A stretch of 64,000 nucleotides of DNA from Candidatus Latescibacterota bacterium (GCA_965248355.1 OZ252098.1:1854423-1918422); one strand, 5' to 3'. Positions 25,824-35,717 are shown, counted from the first letter of the stretch. The notes: generated from the sequence alone by a model not told the origin. Numbers and translations: made by a program.

Positions 25824-27227
25824 CTGACCGCGCCGCGTCGTGTCCTGCTCTGGCCGGCCGTGGCCCTGGTGATCGGTAGCCACCCCGAGGCCTGGCCGCA
25901 GGCTGCCCCGCAGGAGCGCGTGGCCAACACCAGCCTGCTCGTCGACCTGACCGCCGGACCTCCTCCCGCCACGATCTCGGCCTCCGGCCTCTACAGCGAC
26001 ATCGAGGCCCGAACACCCTCTTCCGGACTGATCCCGTTCTCCGTCAACTCGCCCCTGTGGTCGGACGGCGCCCACAAGGTCCGCTACCTCGCCCTGCCGG
26101 GCCTGTCCCGGATCGAGTTCTCCCGCGACGGCCATTGGCGGTTCCCGCCCAACACCGTCCTGGTGAAGAGCTTCTACCTGGACATGGTGCGGGGCGATCC
26201 CTCGTCGCGGCGGATCGTGGAGACCCGGCTGCTGATCAGGGCCGGCGAGAGCGAGCGCTGGGAGGGCTTCAGCTACCGCTGGAACGAGGCCGGCACCGAC
26301 GCGGAGCTGCTCATCCCCGGGGGCACCGGACGCTACGAGATCGTCGATCCGGAGGCCCCCGGAGGCCGCTCCCAGGTGGACTACATCTTCCCCGCCACCG
26401 AGGACTGCAGCCGCTGCCACACCCCGCAGGTGGGGCAGGTGCTCGGGGTGCGCACGGCCCAGCTCAACGGCCTGCACGACTACGGCGGCCCCCTCGCCCA
26501 CCAGCTGGAGGTCTGGAAGGAACTCGGCCTGTTCACCGAGGAGATCGGCGGCGGCTTCGAGGGGTTCCCGCGCTGGGAGGACCCCGCCGACGCCTCCGCG
26601 CCGCTGGCCGGACGGGCGAGGTCCTACCTGGCCGCCAACTGCGCCCACTGCCACCGGCCCGGCGGCCTGCGGCGCACCGAGATCGACCTGCGCTACGAGA
26701 CCGGGCTGGCGGCCACGGGCATGGTGAACGCGCCCCCCAACCTCGACGTGGACGGCGTCGACCGGCGCATCCTCCTGCCCGGGGGCGCGGCCAACTCCGT
26801 CCTGGTCCTGCGCATGCTGGTTCTCGACGACCGGCGCATGCCGCCCCTGGCCTCGGGGATCGTCGATGTGGAAGCGGTTCGCCTGGTCTCGCGCTGGATC
26901 GATGGCCTGGGCGCGCCAACCGCCATCTCCGCCCCGCCCGCGGCCCCGGCCGCCGCGACCCTGGTGAGTGGCCATCCCAACCCCTTCAACGCCTCCACGA
27001 CGATCATCTGCACCCTGGCCCGGGGGGGCCGGGTGGACCTCGCCGTCCACGACGTCACCGGCCGGCGGATCCGCACCCTGGTCTCCTCCCGGCTGGCGGC
27101 GGGCCCTCACCACGTCCGGTGGGACGGCCTCGACGACAGGGGCGCGCCGGCGGCCAGCGGCGTCTACCTCGTGCGCCTGCGGACCGCCGCCGAATCCCGC
27201 ACCTTCAAGCTGACCCTGCTCCGATGA
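25824..27227 (+). CDS. secreted protein with two CxxCH haem-c motifs and a C-terminal T9SS type-A / FlgD-Ig-like sorting domain; start uncertain (CTG 25824; ATG 25620 would overlap the divergent gene)
   Basis: Motifs CSRCH (DCSRCHTPQ) and CAHCH (ANCAHCHRPGG). C-terminus HPNPFNASTTIICTLARGGRVDLAVHDVTGRRIRTLVSSRLAAGPHHVRWDGLDDRGAPAASGVYLVRLRTAAESRTFKLTLLR matches the Por_Secre_tail / FlgD_ig pattern. Signal-like RRVLLWPAVALVIGSHPEAWPQAAP. Confidence 0.65.
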   Translation: MTAPRRVLLWPAVALVIGSHPEAWPQAAPQERVANTSLLVDLTAGPPPATISASGLYSDIEARTPSSGLIPFSVNSPLWSDGAHKVRYLALPGLSRIEFSRDGHWRFPPNTVLVKSFYLDMVRGDPSSRRIVETRLLIRAGESERWEGFSYRWNEAGTDAELLIPGGTGRYEIVDPEAPGGRSQVDYIFPATEDCSRCHTPQVGQVLGVRTAQLNGLHDYGGPLAHQLEVWKELGLFTEEIGGGFEGFPRWEDPADASAPLAGRARSYLAANCAHCHRPGGLRRTEIDLRYETGLAATGMVNAPPNLDVDGVDRRILLPGGAANSVLVLRMLVLDDRRMPPLASGIVDVEAVRLVSRWIDGLGAPTAISAPPAAPAAATLVSGHPNPFNASTTIICTLARGGRVDLAVHDVTGRRIRTLVSSRLAAGPHHVRWDGLDDRGAPAASGVYLVRLRTAAESRTFKLTLLR

Positions 27228-27270
27228 CGCGCGCCGCCGGCAGATGGCCGCGCCCTGCGAAAGGAGATCC

Positions 27271-28848
27271 ATGCACCGTCTCGCCCTCATCCTCCTGACC
27301 GCGGCCGCCCTCCAGGCGGGCCCCGCTGACGCCCAGTTCTCCATCGGGGGAGATCCGCGCGTGAACCCGGAGGACTTCACCATCACCACCTTCGCCGGCG
27401 GCCTCAACTTCCCGGTGGGCATGGTCGAGCTGGAGGACGGCTCGATCCTGACCGCCCTGGCCAACGGCGCCTCCTTCTTCGGCAGCTCCTCGGGGCGGAT
27501 CCTGCGACTCGTCGACGACGACGGCGACGCCATGGCCGACCGCTGGATCGTCCTCGAGGAGGAAATCCCCGTGGGCGGACCGACGGCGGTGGACAAGGCC
27601 GGCGACCTCCTCTTCGTCACCGGCCAGGGCCAGCCGATCCTGATTCTGAGGTTGGGGCCGGCCCCGGAGTACGAGGTGACCCAGGTGGGCCGCATCGACC
27701 TCAACGACGCCTCGCTGCTGCATCCGAACTCCGCCCTGGCGGCGCGGCAGGTGGACGGCGTCTACGAGCTGTTCTTCCCCCTCGGCTCGGCGGTCAACTT
27801 CGCCAGGACCACCCAGACCCGGCGCCTGACCAGCGACTTCGGCCTGGCCGCCGATCTGGGCTGCGACGCCATCCACCGCCTCACCTTCCGCTTCGACGGG
27901 GAGACCATCACCGGCGCGGAGGTGATCCAGATCGCCACCGGCCTGCGCTCGGCCTCCGGCCTGGCCTTCCACCCCGAGACGGGGGACCTCTACTTCGAGG
28001 ACAACGGCATCGACGGGCTGCAGAACGCCATCGAGGCCCACAGCGCCGACGAGATCAACAGGATCCCCGACGACCAGCTCGGCGGGGAGATCGAGGACTT
28101 CGGCTTCCCCGACCACTACATCGCCTACCGCACGGGCGAGTTCGTCGGCGGCGGCGCCATCCCGCCCCTGGTGGCCTTCCTGCCCCTGCCCGACCCGGCC
28201 ACCGGCTCCGAGGCCGAGGGACCCAACGAGATCGCCTTCGCGCCGCCCGGGTTCCCTCCGGGTCTCAACAACGGCCTCTTCGTAGGGTTCCACGGCCAGT
28301 TCTTCCTCGGCGGCCGGGCCAACGAGGAGAACCCCCTGGTCTACGTCGATCTGGAGACGCGGGAGTACTTCCACTTCATCAGCAACGAGGAGCCCGCCGT
28401 GGGCCATCTCGACGGGCTGCTCGCCTCCCACGACCGGCTCTACGTCTCCGACATCTCGAACCGGGGGGGACTCGGCCGGTCGGAGCGCAACTCCGGCGCC
28501 ATCTACGTGATCCGCTACACCGGCCCCACGGCGGTCGGAGATGGACCCGCTCCCCGGCCCGAAGGGTTCTCGTTGGGCAGCGCCTTCCCCAACCCCTTCA
28601 ACCCCTCCACGACGATCCGCTTCACGGTGCCGGAGGGGGCGGCGCTGCCGGCGCGGCTGGAGGTCCACGGCCCGACGGGACAGCGGGTGAGGAGCCTCTT
28701 CGACCAGACCGTCACCGGCGGCGCCTACGCCGTCACCTGGGACGGCCGCGACGACGCCGGCCGTCCGGCAGCCAGCGGCACCTACCTCTGCCGCCTCGTC
28801 TGGGGGGACCGGTTGTCCGCCTGGGGACGGGTGACCCTGCTCAAGTGA
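27271..28848 (+). CDS. secreted beta-propeller protein (soluble glucose/sorbosone dehydrogenase-like) with C-terminal T9SS type-A / FlgD-Ig-like sorting domain
   Basis: SD AAGGAG sits 6 nt before ATG 27271. Signal MHRLALILLTAAALQAGPADAQ. GLNFPVGMVELEDGSILTA...GRILRL... resembles SGDH propeller blades. C-terminus FPNPFNPSTTIRFTVPEGAALPARLEVHGPTGQRVRSLFDQTVTGGAYAVTWDGRDDAGRPAASGTYLCRLVWGDRLSAWGRVTLLK. Confidence 0.75.
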   Translation: MHRLALILLTAAALQAGPADAQFSIGGDPRVNPEDFTITTFAGGLNFPVGMVELEDGSILTALANGASFFGSSSGRILRLVDDDGDAMADRWIVLEEEIPVGGPTAVDKAGDLLFVTGQGQPILILRLGPAPEYEVTQVGRIDLNDASLLHPNSALAARQVDGVYELFFPLGSAVNFARTTQTRRLTSDFGLAADLGCDAIHRLTFRFDGETITGAEVIQIATGLRSASGLAFHPETGDLYFEDNGIDGLQNAIEAHSADEINRIPDDQLGGEIEDFGFPDHYIAYRTGEFVGGGAIPPLVAFLPLPDPATGSEAEGPNEIAFAPPGFPPGLNNGLFVGFHGQFFLGGRANEENPLVYVDLETREYFHFISNEEPAVGHLDGLLASHDRLYVSDISNRGGLGRSERNSGAIYVIRYTGPTAVGDGPAPRPEGFSLGSAFPNPFNPSTTIRFTVPEGAALPARLEVHGPTGQRVRSLFDQTVTGGAYAVTWDGRDDAGRPAASGTYLCRLVWGDRLSAWGRVTLLK

Positions 28849-28855
28849 GGATGCC

Positions 28856-29770
28856 ATGACACCCGAGCTGCTCTCCCTGACCCGCATCTGGGACCAGGCC
28901 CCGCACAGCGCCTTCACCGACCTGCTGCGGCACGACGGGCGCTGGTGGTGCACCTTCCGCGAGGCCCTCGATCACGGTCCCAGCCCCGGCACCCTGCGGG
29001 TCCTCCGCTCGGCCGACGGCGACAGCTGGACCAGCGCCGCCGAGGTCGCCGAGCCCGGCGTCGACCTGCGCGACCCGAAGCTCTCGGTGAGACCCGACGG
29101 CCGCATGATGCTGCTCACCTGCGCCTGCGTCTACGACGACGAGAACGTCTACCGGATCCGCTCTCCGAGGGTCTGCTTCTCCGACGACGGCCGGAGCTGG
29201 ACGGCGCCGGCCCGCTTCCTGGCCGAGGACCACTGGCTGTGGCGGGTCACCTGGCACGGCGGTGTCGGCTACGGCGTCTCCAAGCTGGGCGAGGGCAGCC
29301 ACCCGCGCCGGGGCTTCCTCTACCGCACCCGGGACGGCCTGGAGTGGGAGTGGCTCACCGAGTTCCTCCTGCCCCGCGACATCTGGACGGCGAGCGAGAC
29401 GACGCTGAGGATCCTGACCGATGGGCGCATGGTGGCCCTCATCCGGCCCAACTGGATCGGCGTGAGCGCGCCGCCGTACAGGGACTTCGAGTTCACCGAG
29501 CTCGAGGAGCGCTTGGGGGGCCCGAACTTCCTGGTGCTCCCCGACGGCGGCATGTGGGCCTGCGCCCGGGGCCGCCACCTCGACGGCGGCGCCGCCACCG
29601 TCCTGGCGCGGATGACGGCGACGGAGTACGAGCCCGTCATGCGGCTGCCGAGCGGCGGCGACTGCTCCTACCCGGGCATGGTCTGGCACGAGGGCCTGCT
29701 GTGGATGAGCTACTACTCCTCCCACGAGGGCAAGGCCTGCGTCTACCTGGCGCGGCTCCGCCTGCCCTGA
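28856..29770 (+). CDS. BNR/sialidase-like beta-propeller protein (no signal peptide)
   Basis: Repeated S-x-D-G-x-x-W/T-like blocks (SADGDSWTS, SDDGRSWTA, TRDGLEWEW) are typical of BNR/GH33-like propellers. Confidence 0.65.
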   Translation: MTPELLSLTRIWDQAPHSAFTDLLRHDGRWWCTFREALDHGPSPGTLRVLRSADGDSWTSAAEVAEPGVDLRDPKLSVRPDGRMMLLTCACVYDDENVYRIRSPRVCFSDDGRSWTAPARFLAEDHWLWRVTWHGGVGYGVSKLGEGSHPRRGFLYRTRDGLEWEWLTEFLLPRDIWTASETTLRILTDGRMVALIRPNWIGVSAPPYRDFEFTELEERLGGPNFLVLPDGGMWACARGRHLDGGAATVLARMTATEYEPVMRLPSGGDCSYPGMVWHEGLLWMSYYSSHEGKACVYLARLRLP

Positions 29771-29801
29771 GGGCACCGCGGCCGGGGCCGCGCCCTCGGA
29801 G

Positions 29802-30497
29802 CTAGGAGTCCGACCCCGCCTCTCCGTCGAGCATGGCCGCCACCTCCCCGGCCACGCCCTCCACCACGGCCTGGAGGATGGCCTTGCCCTTGGCGGTGCT
29901 CGCCTTCTTCGCGTTCTCGTAGTTGACGCTGCCGACCCGCACCCGCTCGGGGAAGCGCGCCAGGGCGAAGGAGGTCTCGAACTCGCCGGCGTGGCCCGCC
30001 GAGCGCTCCAGCTCGAGGTTGGCCTCGTACCACTCCTGGCTCACCGTCTCCCAGTAGGTCACGTAGCGCACGCCCCTGGCGTCGAGCCGGGCCAGGGCCT
30101 CGGGGGCCTTGGTCTCCATGTTCCTGCGCTTGTTGCCGCCGTGGCCGTTGACCACCATCACCTGGCCCACGCCGAGGCGCATGAGGCTGTCGCAGACGTC
30201 GTGAACGGTCTCCATGTGGATCTCGGCGCGCACCGTGAGGGCGCCGCCGCGGGCCATGTGGTGCTCGGAGACGGTCATGGGAATGGTGGGGGCGACGATC
30301 ACCCGCGGCCAGAACCGCAGGGCCACCCGGCGCACGATCTCGGTGACCGACGCCGTGTCGTGGATCATGGCCAAGTGGTCCTGGTGCTGCTCGGTGGCCC
30401 CCGTGGGCACGATGGCCGCCTCGATCGTGCCGGCCGCCACGGCGTCGTTGAACTCCTTCCGCGTCAGTTCCCCGAAGTAGACGTTGCCCGGTCGCAT
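29802..30497 (-). CDS. creatininase-family amidohydrolase
   Basis: MRPGNVYFGELTRKEFNDAVAAGTIEAAIVPTGATEQHQDHLAM...VVNGHGGN...GHAGEFETS is the creatininase/MftE-like signature. SD AGGAGAG sits before ATG 30497. Confidence 0.85.
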   Translation of the reverse strand: MRPGNVYFGELTRKEFNDAVAAGTIEAAIVPTGATEQHQDHLAMIHDTASVTEIVRRVALRFWPRVIVAPTIPMTVSEHHMARGGALTVRAEIHMETVHDVCDSLMRLGVGQVMVVNGHGGNKRRNMETKAPEALARLDARGVRYVTYWETVSQEWYEANLELERSAGHAGEFETSFALARFPERVRVGSVNYENAKKASTAKGKAILQAVVEGVAGEVAAMLDGEAGSDS

Positions 30498-30576
30498 GGA
30501 CTCTCTCCTGTGACTACGATTTGAACCGCCGTCTGCAAGTATAGCCCTTCGCCCGCACCCGATCAGGAGACCGCAC

Positions 30577-30909
30577 ATGTACTCCACCGCCCTCGTCATG
30601 CGCCTGCGCCCGGACGGATACCCCGGCTACAAGAAGGCCCACGACGAGCTCTGGCCCGAGATCAACCGCTCCATGGCCGACCACGGCGTCAGCATGGGCA
30701 TCTACCGCCACGGCGACCGGCTCTTCCTCTTCGCCTGCGCGCCCACCGAGGCCGACTGGGAGGCCAGCCGGGAGTACCCGATCCTGGAGGAGTGGACGAA
30801 ATACATGCGCGAGTTCCTCGACGACGGCGACGACGGGGAGCTGTTCTTCGAGCCCTTGGAGGAAGCCTTCGTCTTCGGCCTCTTCGATACGCGGGGAGCG
30901 CACCGATGA
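30577..30909 (+). CDS. rhaM: L-rhamnose mutarotase
   Basis: MYSTALVMRLRPDGYPGYKKAHDELWPEINRSMADHGVSMGIYRHGDRLFLFA...WTKYMREFL aligns with RhaM (YiiL) over its full ~105 aa. Confidence 0.8.
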   Translation: MYSTALVMRLRPDGYPGYKKAHDELWPEINRSMADHGVSMGIYRHGDRLFLFACAPTEADWEASREYPILEEWTKYMREFLDDGDDGELFFEPLEEAFVFGLFDTRGAHR

Positions 30910-31919
30910 GGACCCGGGAGCTGGTCGTCGTCGAGCCGGGGCGGATCGAGCTGCAGGAGGCCACCCTCGACGAGGAGCTGGCCCCCCACGAGGCTCTTGT
31001 GGAGACGGAGCACTCCATCGTCTCCGCCGGCACCGAGGGCGCCGGGTTCACGGGCCTGGTGAGGCAGATGCCCTTCGGAGACGCCGGCCGCTACCCCCGC
31101 GGCACGGGCTATGGCAACCTCGGCCGCGTGCTCGCCACCGGCTCCCCCGACCTCGGCTGCGCCCCCGGGGACCGGGTCCTCACCTTCGCCCGCCACGCCT
31201 CCCACGCAAAGGCCGACGCCGGCCGTTTCGCCCTGCCGGTCCCGGCCGGACCGCCGGGGGAGCACCTCGTCTTCGCGCGCATGGCCGGGGTGTCGATCTC
31301 GGCCCTGCGCTCCTCCTCCGTGCAGCCCGGGGACACGGTCCTCGTCATCGGCATGGGCCTGGTGGGCAACCTCGCCGCCCAGCTCTTCCACCTGGCCGGC
31401 GCCGACGTGGCCGTGGCCGATCTCTCCGGCCTGCGGCTGCAGCGGGCCCGCCAGTGCGGCATCGAGCGCGTCATCCACCCGCCCGGCGAGGACCTGGAGG
31501 AGGCGGTGATGGAGTGGACCGGCGGCCAGGGGGCGCGCATCACCGTGGAAGCCATCGGCGTCAGCGAGGTCGTCGCCCAGGCCGTGGACTGCACAGCCCG
31601 CCACGGCGAGGTGATCCTCCTCGGCAGCCCGCGGGCCCCGGCCTCCTTCGACGCCACCCCCATGCTCCTGCGCATCCACCTGGAGGCGATCCACATGATC
31701 GGCGCCCTGGAGTGGCGCTGGCCGCAGCACGCCACCGAGCGCACCCGCGACCTCGACGCCAACTACCGGCAGCTGGCCGACTGGATCGCCGGGGGCCGGC
31801 TGCAGGTGGAGCCCCTGCTGACGCACCTGGTCTCGCCGGCGGAGTGCCAGCGGATGTACGACGGCCTCGCCCACCGGCGGGAGGAGTACCTCGGGGTGGT
31901 GTTTGACTGGGGGATGTAG
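30906..31919 (+). CDS. zinc-binding medium-chain dehydrogenase/reductase (threonine/sorbitol dehydrogenase-like), coupled to rhaM by ATGA
   Basis: MRTRELVVVEPGRIELQEATLDEELAPHEALVETEHSIVSAGTEG...VLVIGMGLVGNLAAQLFHLAGADVAVADLS has the GxGxxG Rossmann and MDR architecture. Confidence 0.85.
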   Translation: MRTRELVVVEPGRIELQEATLDEELAPHEALVETEHSIVSAGTEGAGFTGLVRQMPFGDAGRYPRGTGYGNLGRVLATGSPDLGCAPGDRVLTFARHASHAKADAGRFALPVPAGPPGEHLVFARMAGVSISALRSSSVQPGDTVLVIGMGLVGNLAAQLFHLAGADVAVADLSGLRLQRARQCGIERVIHPPGEDLEEAVMEWTGGQGARITVEAIGVSEVVAQAVDCTARHGEVILLGSPRAPASFDATPMLLRIHLEAIHMIGALEWRWPQHATERTRDLDANYRQLADWIAGGRLQVEPLLTHLVSPAECQRMYDGLAHRREEYLGVVFDWGM

Positions 31920-32171
31920 GCGGGTGGCGGCTTGGGAACCGGGAAGCCCGTCCTCCTCATCGACGCCAGAGGCGAGTTCCAGGACTACGACAGGACTATA
32001 CTCGACGAGATCATCCGGTCTTCGGGACCTTCAGAGCGCGGTTGACAGGTACGCCTTGGCGGCCACATTCGAGGAGATCGCCGAGAACTGCGTCAGCCTC
32101 AACATCCCCCGCTGCGGGGACACTTACAGCCGGCACCGGAGGTTGAAGGGGTATCTGAAGGAGCCTGATTT

Positions 32172-33251
32172 GTGAGGCGGAACTGCCCTGTTACCGGAGA
32201 GACGGCCCGGGTCGCAGAGGCCGGGGACCGAGTTACGGTCGAGCACCCCAGGCTCGGCCGCTACGTGCTCCACGCCGAGGCGCTCCCCTCCCTGGAGGCC
32301 GACGCCGGGGCCAGGGAGCGAATGGCCCGCTGGATCGCCGAATCACGGTCATTGGAAACCGAGGTGCCGGGCCTCACCGTTGAGCACGTTCACCTCTTTC
32401 AGCGACTTGCGGACCTGGAGGCGGCGGTCTCCGAATGGAACGAGCGGCGCCAAGCCATGACAGAGGCTGACGAGGACCGCCTCTGGAGAAAACTCCGACT
32501 GGAATGGAACTACAACAGCAACCACATCGAGGGCAACACTCTCACCTACCACGAGACCGAGCTGCTGCTCATCCACGGCCGCACGGCCGGCGGCCACCCG
32601 ATGCGGGACTACGAGGAGATGAAGGCGCACGATGTCGCCATCGACCATACCCGGTCCCTCGCAGGCGCGGAGCAGGCCATTGGGGAAGGCGATGTGCGGG
32701 ACCTGAACCAGATTCTACTGAAGGAGCCGTTCTGGCAGAGCGCGGAGACCCCGGACGGCCAGCCAACCCACAAGCGCATCGTCCCCGGCCAATACAAGAC
32801 ACAGCCGAACCATGTGCGAACAGCCACGGGAGAACTCCATCGATTCGCCGAGCCCGAGGAAACGTCCGCCTTGATGGCGGAATGGACACGTGAATTCCGT
32901 CGCGACCTGGAGCGAACAGCCTGCCCTCTGCCGTTGTTCCTGGCCGAATCGCATTGGAGCTTTCTCCGCATCCATCCATTCGACGACGGCAACGGACGCA
33001 CTGCGCGCCTACTCGCCAATTACGCTCTGCTTCGGGAAGACCTGCCGCCCATCGTGATCAGGAGCGAAGACCGTGACCCCTATATCGGTGCGCTCCAGAA
33101 TGCAGATCTCGGCTTCACGTTGCCCCTCGCCCAGTTCATGCTGGAGAATGTTCTCTGGTCGCTTGGGATAGGGATCCGGGCTGCCTCGGGTGAGTCGATC
33201 CACGAACCCGACGATACGGCCCAAGAAGGTGGATCTCTTCGTACGACATGA
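32172..33251 (+). CDS. Fic-family protein (class II: internal inhibitory SxxxEG motif), 359 aa
   Basis: The Fic motif is HPFDDGNGRTARLLANYALL. An inhibitory-type motif SNHIEGN lies ~150 aa upstream within the same polypeptide. The segment from 31.9 kb onward is lower in GC. Confidence 0.85.
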   Translation: MRRNCPVTGETARVAEAGDRVTVEHPRLGRYVLHAEALPSLEADAGARERMARWIAESRSLETEVPGLTVEHVHLFQRLADLEAAVSEWNERRQAMTEADEDRLWRKLRLEWNYNSNHIEGNTLTYHETELLLIHGRTAGGHPMRDYEEMKAHDVAIDHTRSLAGAEQAIGEGDVRDLNQILLKEPFWQSAETPDGQPTHKRIVPGQYKTQPNHVRTATGELHRFAEPEETSALMAEWTREFRRDLERTACPLPLFLAESHWSFLRIHPFDDGNGRTARLLANYALLREDLPPIVIRSEDRDPYIGALQNADLGFTLPLAQFMLENVLWSLGIGIRAASGESIHEPDDTAQEGGSLRTT

Positions 33252-33408
33252 GAGAGGGCCCGAGCCGCGCAGATCCGACATCGAAGTACTGGATAGCGTC
33301 TTTCACCTGCATGTTCGCCCAACCCTTGATGGCTTGGAGGATGCGCTCCACCGTCTGTCGGCGCTGTTTCGCGTCTCCCGCCGTATCTCGGGTATTGGGC
33401 AACTTCAG

Positions 33409-33777
33409 ATGATAGGGGGCGGCCTATTTGCGGGCGACCAGTGGGAACAGACGAAACAGCACCATATCGCAAGACGAGGATTCAAGCTGAGTGATGGGCG
33501 GCAAGTCCACCTACGGGAGGATTGCATATTCGAGGATTACACAGGAAGGGGAGACAGCAGTTTTGGGCTGATCCTGTCCGTCATGTGGAAACTGGGAGGA
33601 GAGGGATTCTCTTTCGAGGCAGCGATTGACGAGAAACCTCTCACGGAGATAGGTCACCGAATCCCCTATTCGGAACTCGACGAGCCAACCCTTGAAGTGG
33701 ACCCCACTGTGGACAGGCTCTCCAAGGCCATGATGAATGAAATCGTCAGTCGATCTGAAGGACCACAACAGAAGTGA
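33409..33777 (+). CDS. hypothetical protein (122 aa), weak call
   Basis: MIGGGLFAGDQWEQTKQHHIARRGFKLSDGRQVHLREDCIFEDYTGRGDSSFGLILSVMWKLGGEGFSFEAAIDEKPLTEIGHRIPYSELDEPTLEVDP... has protein-like composition and low GC. No family recognised and the start is unclear. Confidence 0.25.
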   Translation: MIGGGLFAGDQWEQTKQHHIARRGFKLSDGRQVHLREDCIFEDYTGRGDSSFGLILSVMWKLGGEGFSFEAAIDEKPLTEIGHRIPYSELDEPTLEVDPTVDRLSKAMMNEIVSRSEGPQQK

Positions 33778-33859
33778 TGGCCCACGACGCCCGCCTGGGA
33801 TGCGGCAAGGAACGACAGGCCTCCCCGAAGGATACCACCTCTACAATAGAGAGGATCGT

Positions 33860-34132
33860 ATGCTGCACGACGTTGTCTCTGCCGTCTATCGGGGTGGCTA
33901 CCTGATCGAGCTGGAGTTCGACGACGGCCAGCGCGGAACCGTTGATTTCGCAAAGTACTTGGAGAGGCGGGGTGTGTTCGAGCGGTTCCGGAATCTCGAG
34001 TTCTTTCGGAGCTTTGCTATCAACAAGGAGCTTGGGGTTCTGACGTGGGGCGACGAGATCGACATTGCGCCGGAAACCCTGTATGCGGAAGCCACGGGGA
34101 CCGGTCTTCCGGCTTGGACTGAATCCGGATAG
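33860..34132 (+). CDS. DUF2442-family small protein (90 aa)
   Basis: MLHDVVSAVYRGGYLIELEFDDGQRGTVDFAKYLERRGVFERFRNLEFFRSFAINKELGVLTWGDEIDIAPETLY matches the DUF2442 pattern (DG..G..DF......G.F..L.....F......G.L.W.....D..P). SD GAGAGG sits before the ATG. Confidence 0.6.
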   Translation: MLHDVVSAVYRGGYLIELEFDDGQRGTVDFAKYLERRGVFERFRNLEFFRSFAINKELGVLTWGDEIDIAPETLYAEATGTGLPAWTESG

Positions 34133-34560
34133 ACCGCCAGCCAGCCCAACCGAATGTGAGACGTGCATGCCGGACTGGGAGAAACGGGAGGCGCGTCTCG
34201 ATGCCGTGGTGCCGCGGTAGCCTCAGGCCGCGGCGATTGTTCCCCCAAGCGTTTCAAACAGCCGCTCGCAGTGAGCACACCGCTTCTTGACCTTGCCCGC
34301 ATCAATCACTTTCAACAGATCGCTCGCATGTTTGATCTTGTGGTAAGGTCCCTTCTGTGTGCCCTTCGTCGCTTCATCTAGAGACCGTTCGACGGTAGTC
34401 TTGGGAAGTGTACCCCGTCAACTGGACAGGAATTGGGCTTGTACAAGCGAGAGTCTCGAGATGTAATGGAGCCGTACTGCGCCCCGGCGCTGGGACCGAA
34501 GCCCCGCCTCCCGGACTTGCACCCAGGCCGGGCCACCGAGGCCGTGAGGAGCCCCCGCGC

Positions 34561-35388
34561 TCAGGCCGCCCGGTGGTAGACATCGCTGGGGGTCTCGTAG
34601 TCGAAGGCCTGGTGCGGCCGCTCGAGGTTGTAGAAGCGGAAGTAGGCCGCCACGCCCTCGATCAACTCGGGGACGCTGTCGTAGGCCTTCAGGTAGATGT
34701 CCTCGTACTTCAGGGAGCGCCACAGCCGCTCGATGAAGATGTTGTCCAGCACCCGGCCGCGGCCGTCCATGCTCACCCGGGCCCCGGCCGCCTCGACCCG
34801 CCCGGTGAAGGCGGTGCTGGTGAACTGGGCCCCCTGGTCGGTGTTGAAGATCTCCGGCCGCCCCTGGCTCAGGGCTTCCTCCAGGGCCTCCAGGCAGAAG
34901 GCCGCGTCGAGGGTGTTGGAGACCCGCCAGGCCAGCACGTAGCGGCTGAACCAGTCCATGACCGCCACCAGGTAGACGAAGCCGGAGGGCATCGGCAGAT
35001 GGGTGATGTCGCTGCACCACACCTGGTCCGGCCGGTTCACGGTCACCCCTCGCAGCAGATACGGATAGACCCGGTGCTGAGGGTTGGGGGTAGTCGGTCG
35101 CGGCCGGGGATAGATCGCCTGCAGGCCCAGGGCCTTCATCAGGCGGTGCACGCGCTTGGGATTGACCGGGTAGCCGTCCCGCCTCAGGGCCGCGCAGATC
35201 CGGCGCACGCCGTAGACCGGGTGCTCGGTGTAGATCCGGTCGATGGCGTTCATCAGGTCGAGGGTGAGCCGATCCGGCGCCTCCGGGCGGTAGTAGAAAC
35301 TGGAGCGGGCCAGCCCGAGCAGTTGGCACTGCCGATGCACGCTCAGCGGGCCGGGGTGCGGCTCGATGAGGGCGCGGCGCTCAGCCAC
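34561..35388 (-). CDS. IS3-family transposase OrfB (DDE integrase core)
   Basis: ...[42 protein letters not shown]...[11 protein letters not shown]...[13 protein letters not shown] has the rve-type integrase motifs. Confidence 0.85.
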   Translation of the reverse strand: MAERRALIEPHPGPLSVHRQCQLLGLARSSFYYRPEAPDRLTLDLMNAIDRIYTEHPVYGVRRICAALRRDGYPVNPKRVHRLMKALGLQAIYPRPRPTTPNPQHRVYPYLLRGVTVNRPDQVWCSDITHLPMPSGFVYLVAVMDWFSRYVLAWRVSNTLDAAFCLEALEEALSQGRPEIFNTDQGAQFTSTAFTGRVEAAGARVSMDGRGRVLDNIFIERLWRSLKYEDIYLKAYDSVPELIEGVAAYFRFYNLERPHQAFDYETPSDVYHRAA

Positions 35389-35674
35389 CGAGAGCCTCGT
35401 GTTTTTTTTGAAGCCACTCCAGTTCCATCTGCAGCCGCCCGATCTGCTGGTAGAGCTCGGGCACCAAGGCGGCCTCGTCGTCGCCCCGGCGGGTCCCGGG
35501 GCCCCGGAAGACCTCGGGCAGCCGCTCCAGCAACTGCTTCTTCCAGCCGTGGATCTGGCTGGGGTGGACGGAGAACTTGTGGGCCAGCTCGTTGACTGTC
35601 TGCCGTTCGCGCAGAGCCTCCAAGGCCACCTTGGCCTTGAACTGCGCCGAATGCGTCTTGCGTTTCCTCGTCAT
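35381..35674 (-). CDS. IS3-family transposase OrfA (HTH_Tnp_1)
   Basis: [50 protein letters not shown]... is the typical IS3/IS911 OrfA. It overlaps orfB across the A-run frameshift window. Confidence 0.8.
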   Translation of the reverse strand: MTRKRKTHSAQFKAKVALEALRERQTVNELAHKFSVHPSQIHGWKKQLLERLPEVFRGPGTRRGDDEAALVPELYQQIGRLQMELEWLQKKHEALGG

Positions 35675-35717
35675 CCAAGCCCCTCCGGACAGTGGGTCGG
35701 TGGACGCAAAGTCTCGC

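Noticed and set aside
31903-32175. 90-aa ORF upstream of fic as a possible Fic antitoxin, and an alternative 37-codon TTG ORF in another frame
   Set aside because: Neither carries an SxxxEG antitoxin motif and neither has convincing start signals. The Fic protein has its own internal inhibitory motif.
34163-34381. 72-aa plus-strand ORF and a ~50-codon minus-strand ORF (CAHCERLFETLGG...) just left of the IS3 end
   Set aside because: No start codon or RBS. It is Arg-rich or fragmentary and probably flank debris. The DUF4276 frame after precise IS excision would terminate within 11 codons here, so this is not its lost C-terminus.
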